Below are positions 63,360 through 64,000 of a stretch of 64,000 nucleotides of DNA, piece by piece. A program made the translations under genes and the position numbers. Within the stretch, counting starts at the first letter, position 1. Each line of letters opens with the position of its first letter. The notes below the pieces were generated by a model. That model ran no database searches, was not told the origin of the DNA, and saw nothing but the letters and a program-made list of their open reading frames with translations. Origin of the DNA: Candidatus Fraserbacteria bacterium (GTDB lineage Bacteria > Bipolaricaulota > Bipolaricaulia > RBG-16-55-9 > DRXL01); assembly GCA_037440025.1 (NCBI GenBank), contig JBBIUX010000001.1, forward strand, positions 1 through 64,000, in the 5' to 3' direction.

Positions 63360-64000
63360 ATGATTTATATTGCGCTCTTTCAGAAGAGCTTTCAGCGAAT
63401 GATGACGTACCGCGCGGCGACCATTGCGGGCATTGCGACGAATTTCTTTTTCGGCTTGCTGCGGGCGTATCTCTTCATTGCTGTCTTTGAAGCCAGCGGG
63501 CAGGCTCAGATCGGCGGCTACACGCTGCGCGATGCGATCACCTACACAGCGCTCACCCAAGCTATTGGCACACCTATTGCTATTCTGAGCTGGTGGTGGG
63601 AGGTCATGCGCGCGATCCGCTCAGGTGAGATTGTCTCCGATCTGACCAAGCCCTTTCACTACTTCGGTTTTTGGCTGGCGCGCGACGTGGGACGGGCAAC
63701 CTTTCACTTCATCTTTCGCGGGCTTCCGATCTTTCTGTTCTTCCCCTTCTTCTTTGAGCTGACATTGCCCAGTTCAGTGACACAGTGGGGGCTCTTTTTT
63801 CTGAGCGTGGTGCTGGCCGTCTTCATCAGTTTCTGTTGGCGCTTTCTCGTTAATCTCTCGGCCTTTTGGTTCTTAGATGCCATGGGCATCGGGCGGTTCG
63901 CCTGGCTTGTCATGACGTTCCTTTCGGGGTTTATCGTTCCCGTGGCGTTTTTCCCTGAATGGCTTAAATTCGCGGTTGCTCTGACGCCTCTGCCGGCGAT
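63360..64000 (+). CDS. ABC-2 family transporter permease (partial; runs off the window)
   Basis: MIYIALFQKSFQRMMTYRAA, IGGYTLRDAITY, IRSGEIVSDLTKP, FLSGFIVPVAFFPEW; absent from the ORF track because there is no stop in the window. Confidence 0.85.
   Translation, partial: MIYIALFQKSFQRMMTYRAATIAGIATNFFFGLLRAYLFIAVFEASGQAQIGGYTLRDAITYTALTQAIGTPIAILSWWWEVMRAIRSGEIVSDLTKPFHYFGFWLARDVGRATFHFIFRGLPIFLFFPFFFELTLPSSVTQWGLFFLSVVLAVFISFCWRFLVNLSAFWFLDAMGIGRFAWLVMTFLSGFIVPVAFFPEWLKFAVALTPLPA

Noticed and set aside
63339..63913. Minus-strand ORFs 63339..63560 and 63704..63913
   Set aside because: Antisense to the partial ABC-2 permease on the plus strand

Overview
Bacterial chromosomal window of fairly high GC. 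The gene set (four-subunit POR, IOR, archaeal-type NadM and RNase J-like genes, tRNA-Arg(GCG)) suggests a deep-branching anaerobe, possibly Bipolaricaulota/Acetothermia (inference only). Core genes: por/ior operon with GltD-like fusions, sodA, coaE, tlyA, an aminotransferase, an HDAC, PGM/PMM, ppsA, seven intact tRNAs and the SRP RNA. Four accessory regions stand out. (1) 1-8.9 kb: island with a decayed IS630, a HerA/VirB4-like ATPase and a relaxase-like gene. (2) 33.5-43.5 kb: SNF2-DUF1156-DUF499 restriction-like defence operon with two toxin-antitoxin (TA) pairs interleaved. (3) 43.6-49.7 kb: 6,014-bp satellite-like element (integrase, Prim-Pol Rep, TerS-like gene) integrated at tRNA-Arg(GCG). 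Its 123-bp att repeat unusually duplicates the promoter and 5' part of the tRNA. (4) 54.5-58.3 kb: array of TA cassettes punctuated by four decayed copies of one gene's 3' end. Also notable: an XRE-HTH/GalU-like fusion regulator divergent from ppsA with paired palindromic operators, palindromic repeats invading coding sequences, and a MITE with an 8-bp target duplication. No CRISPR array or rRNA seen. All family calls come from motif recognition by eye, not database searches.
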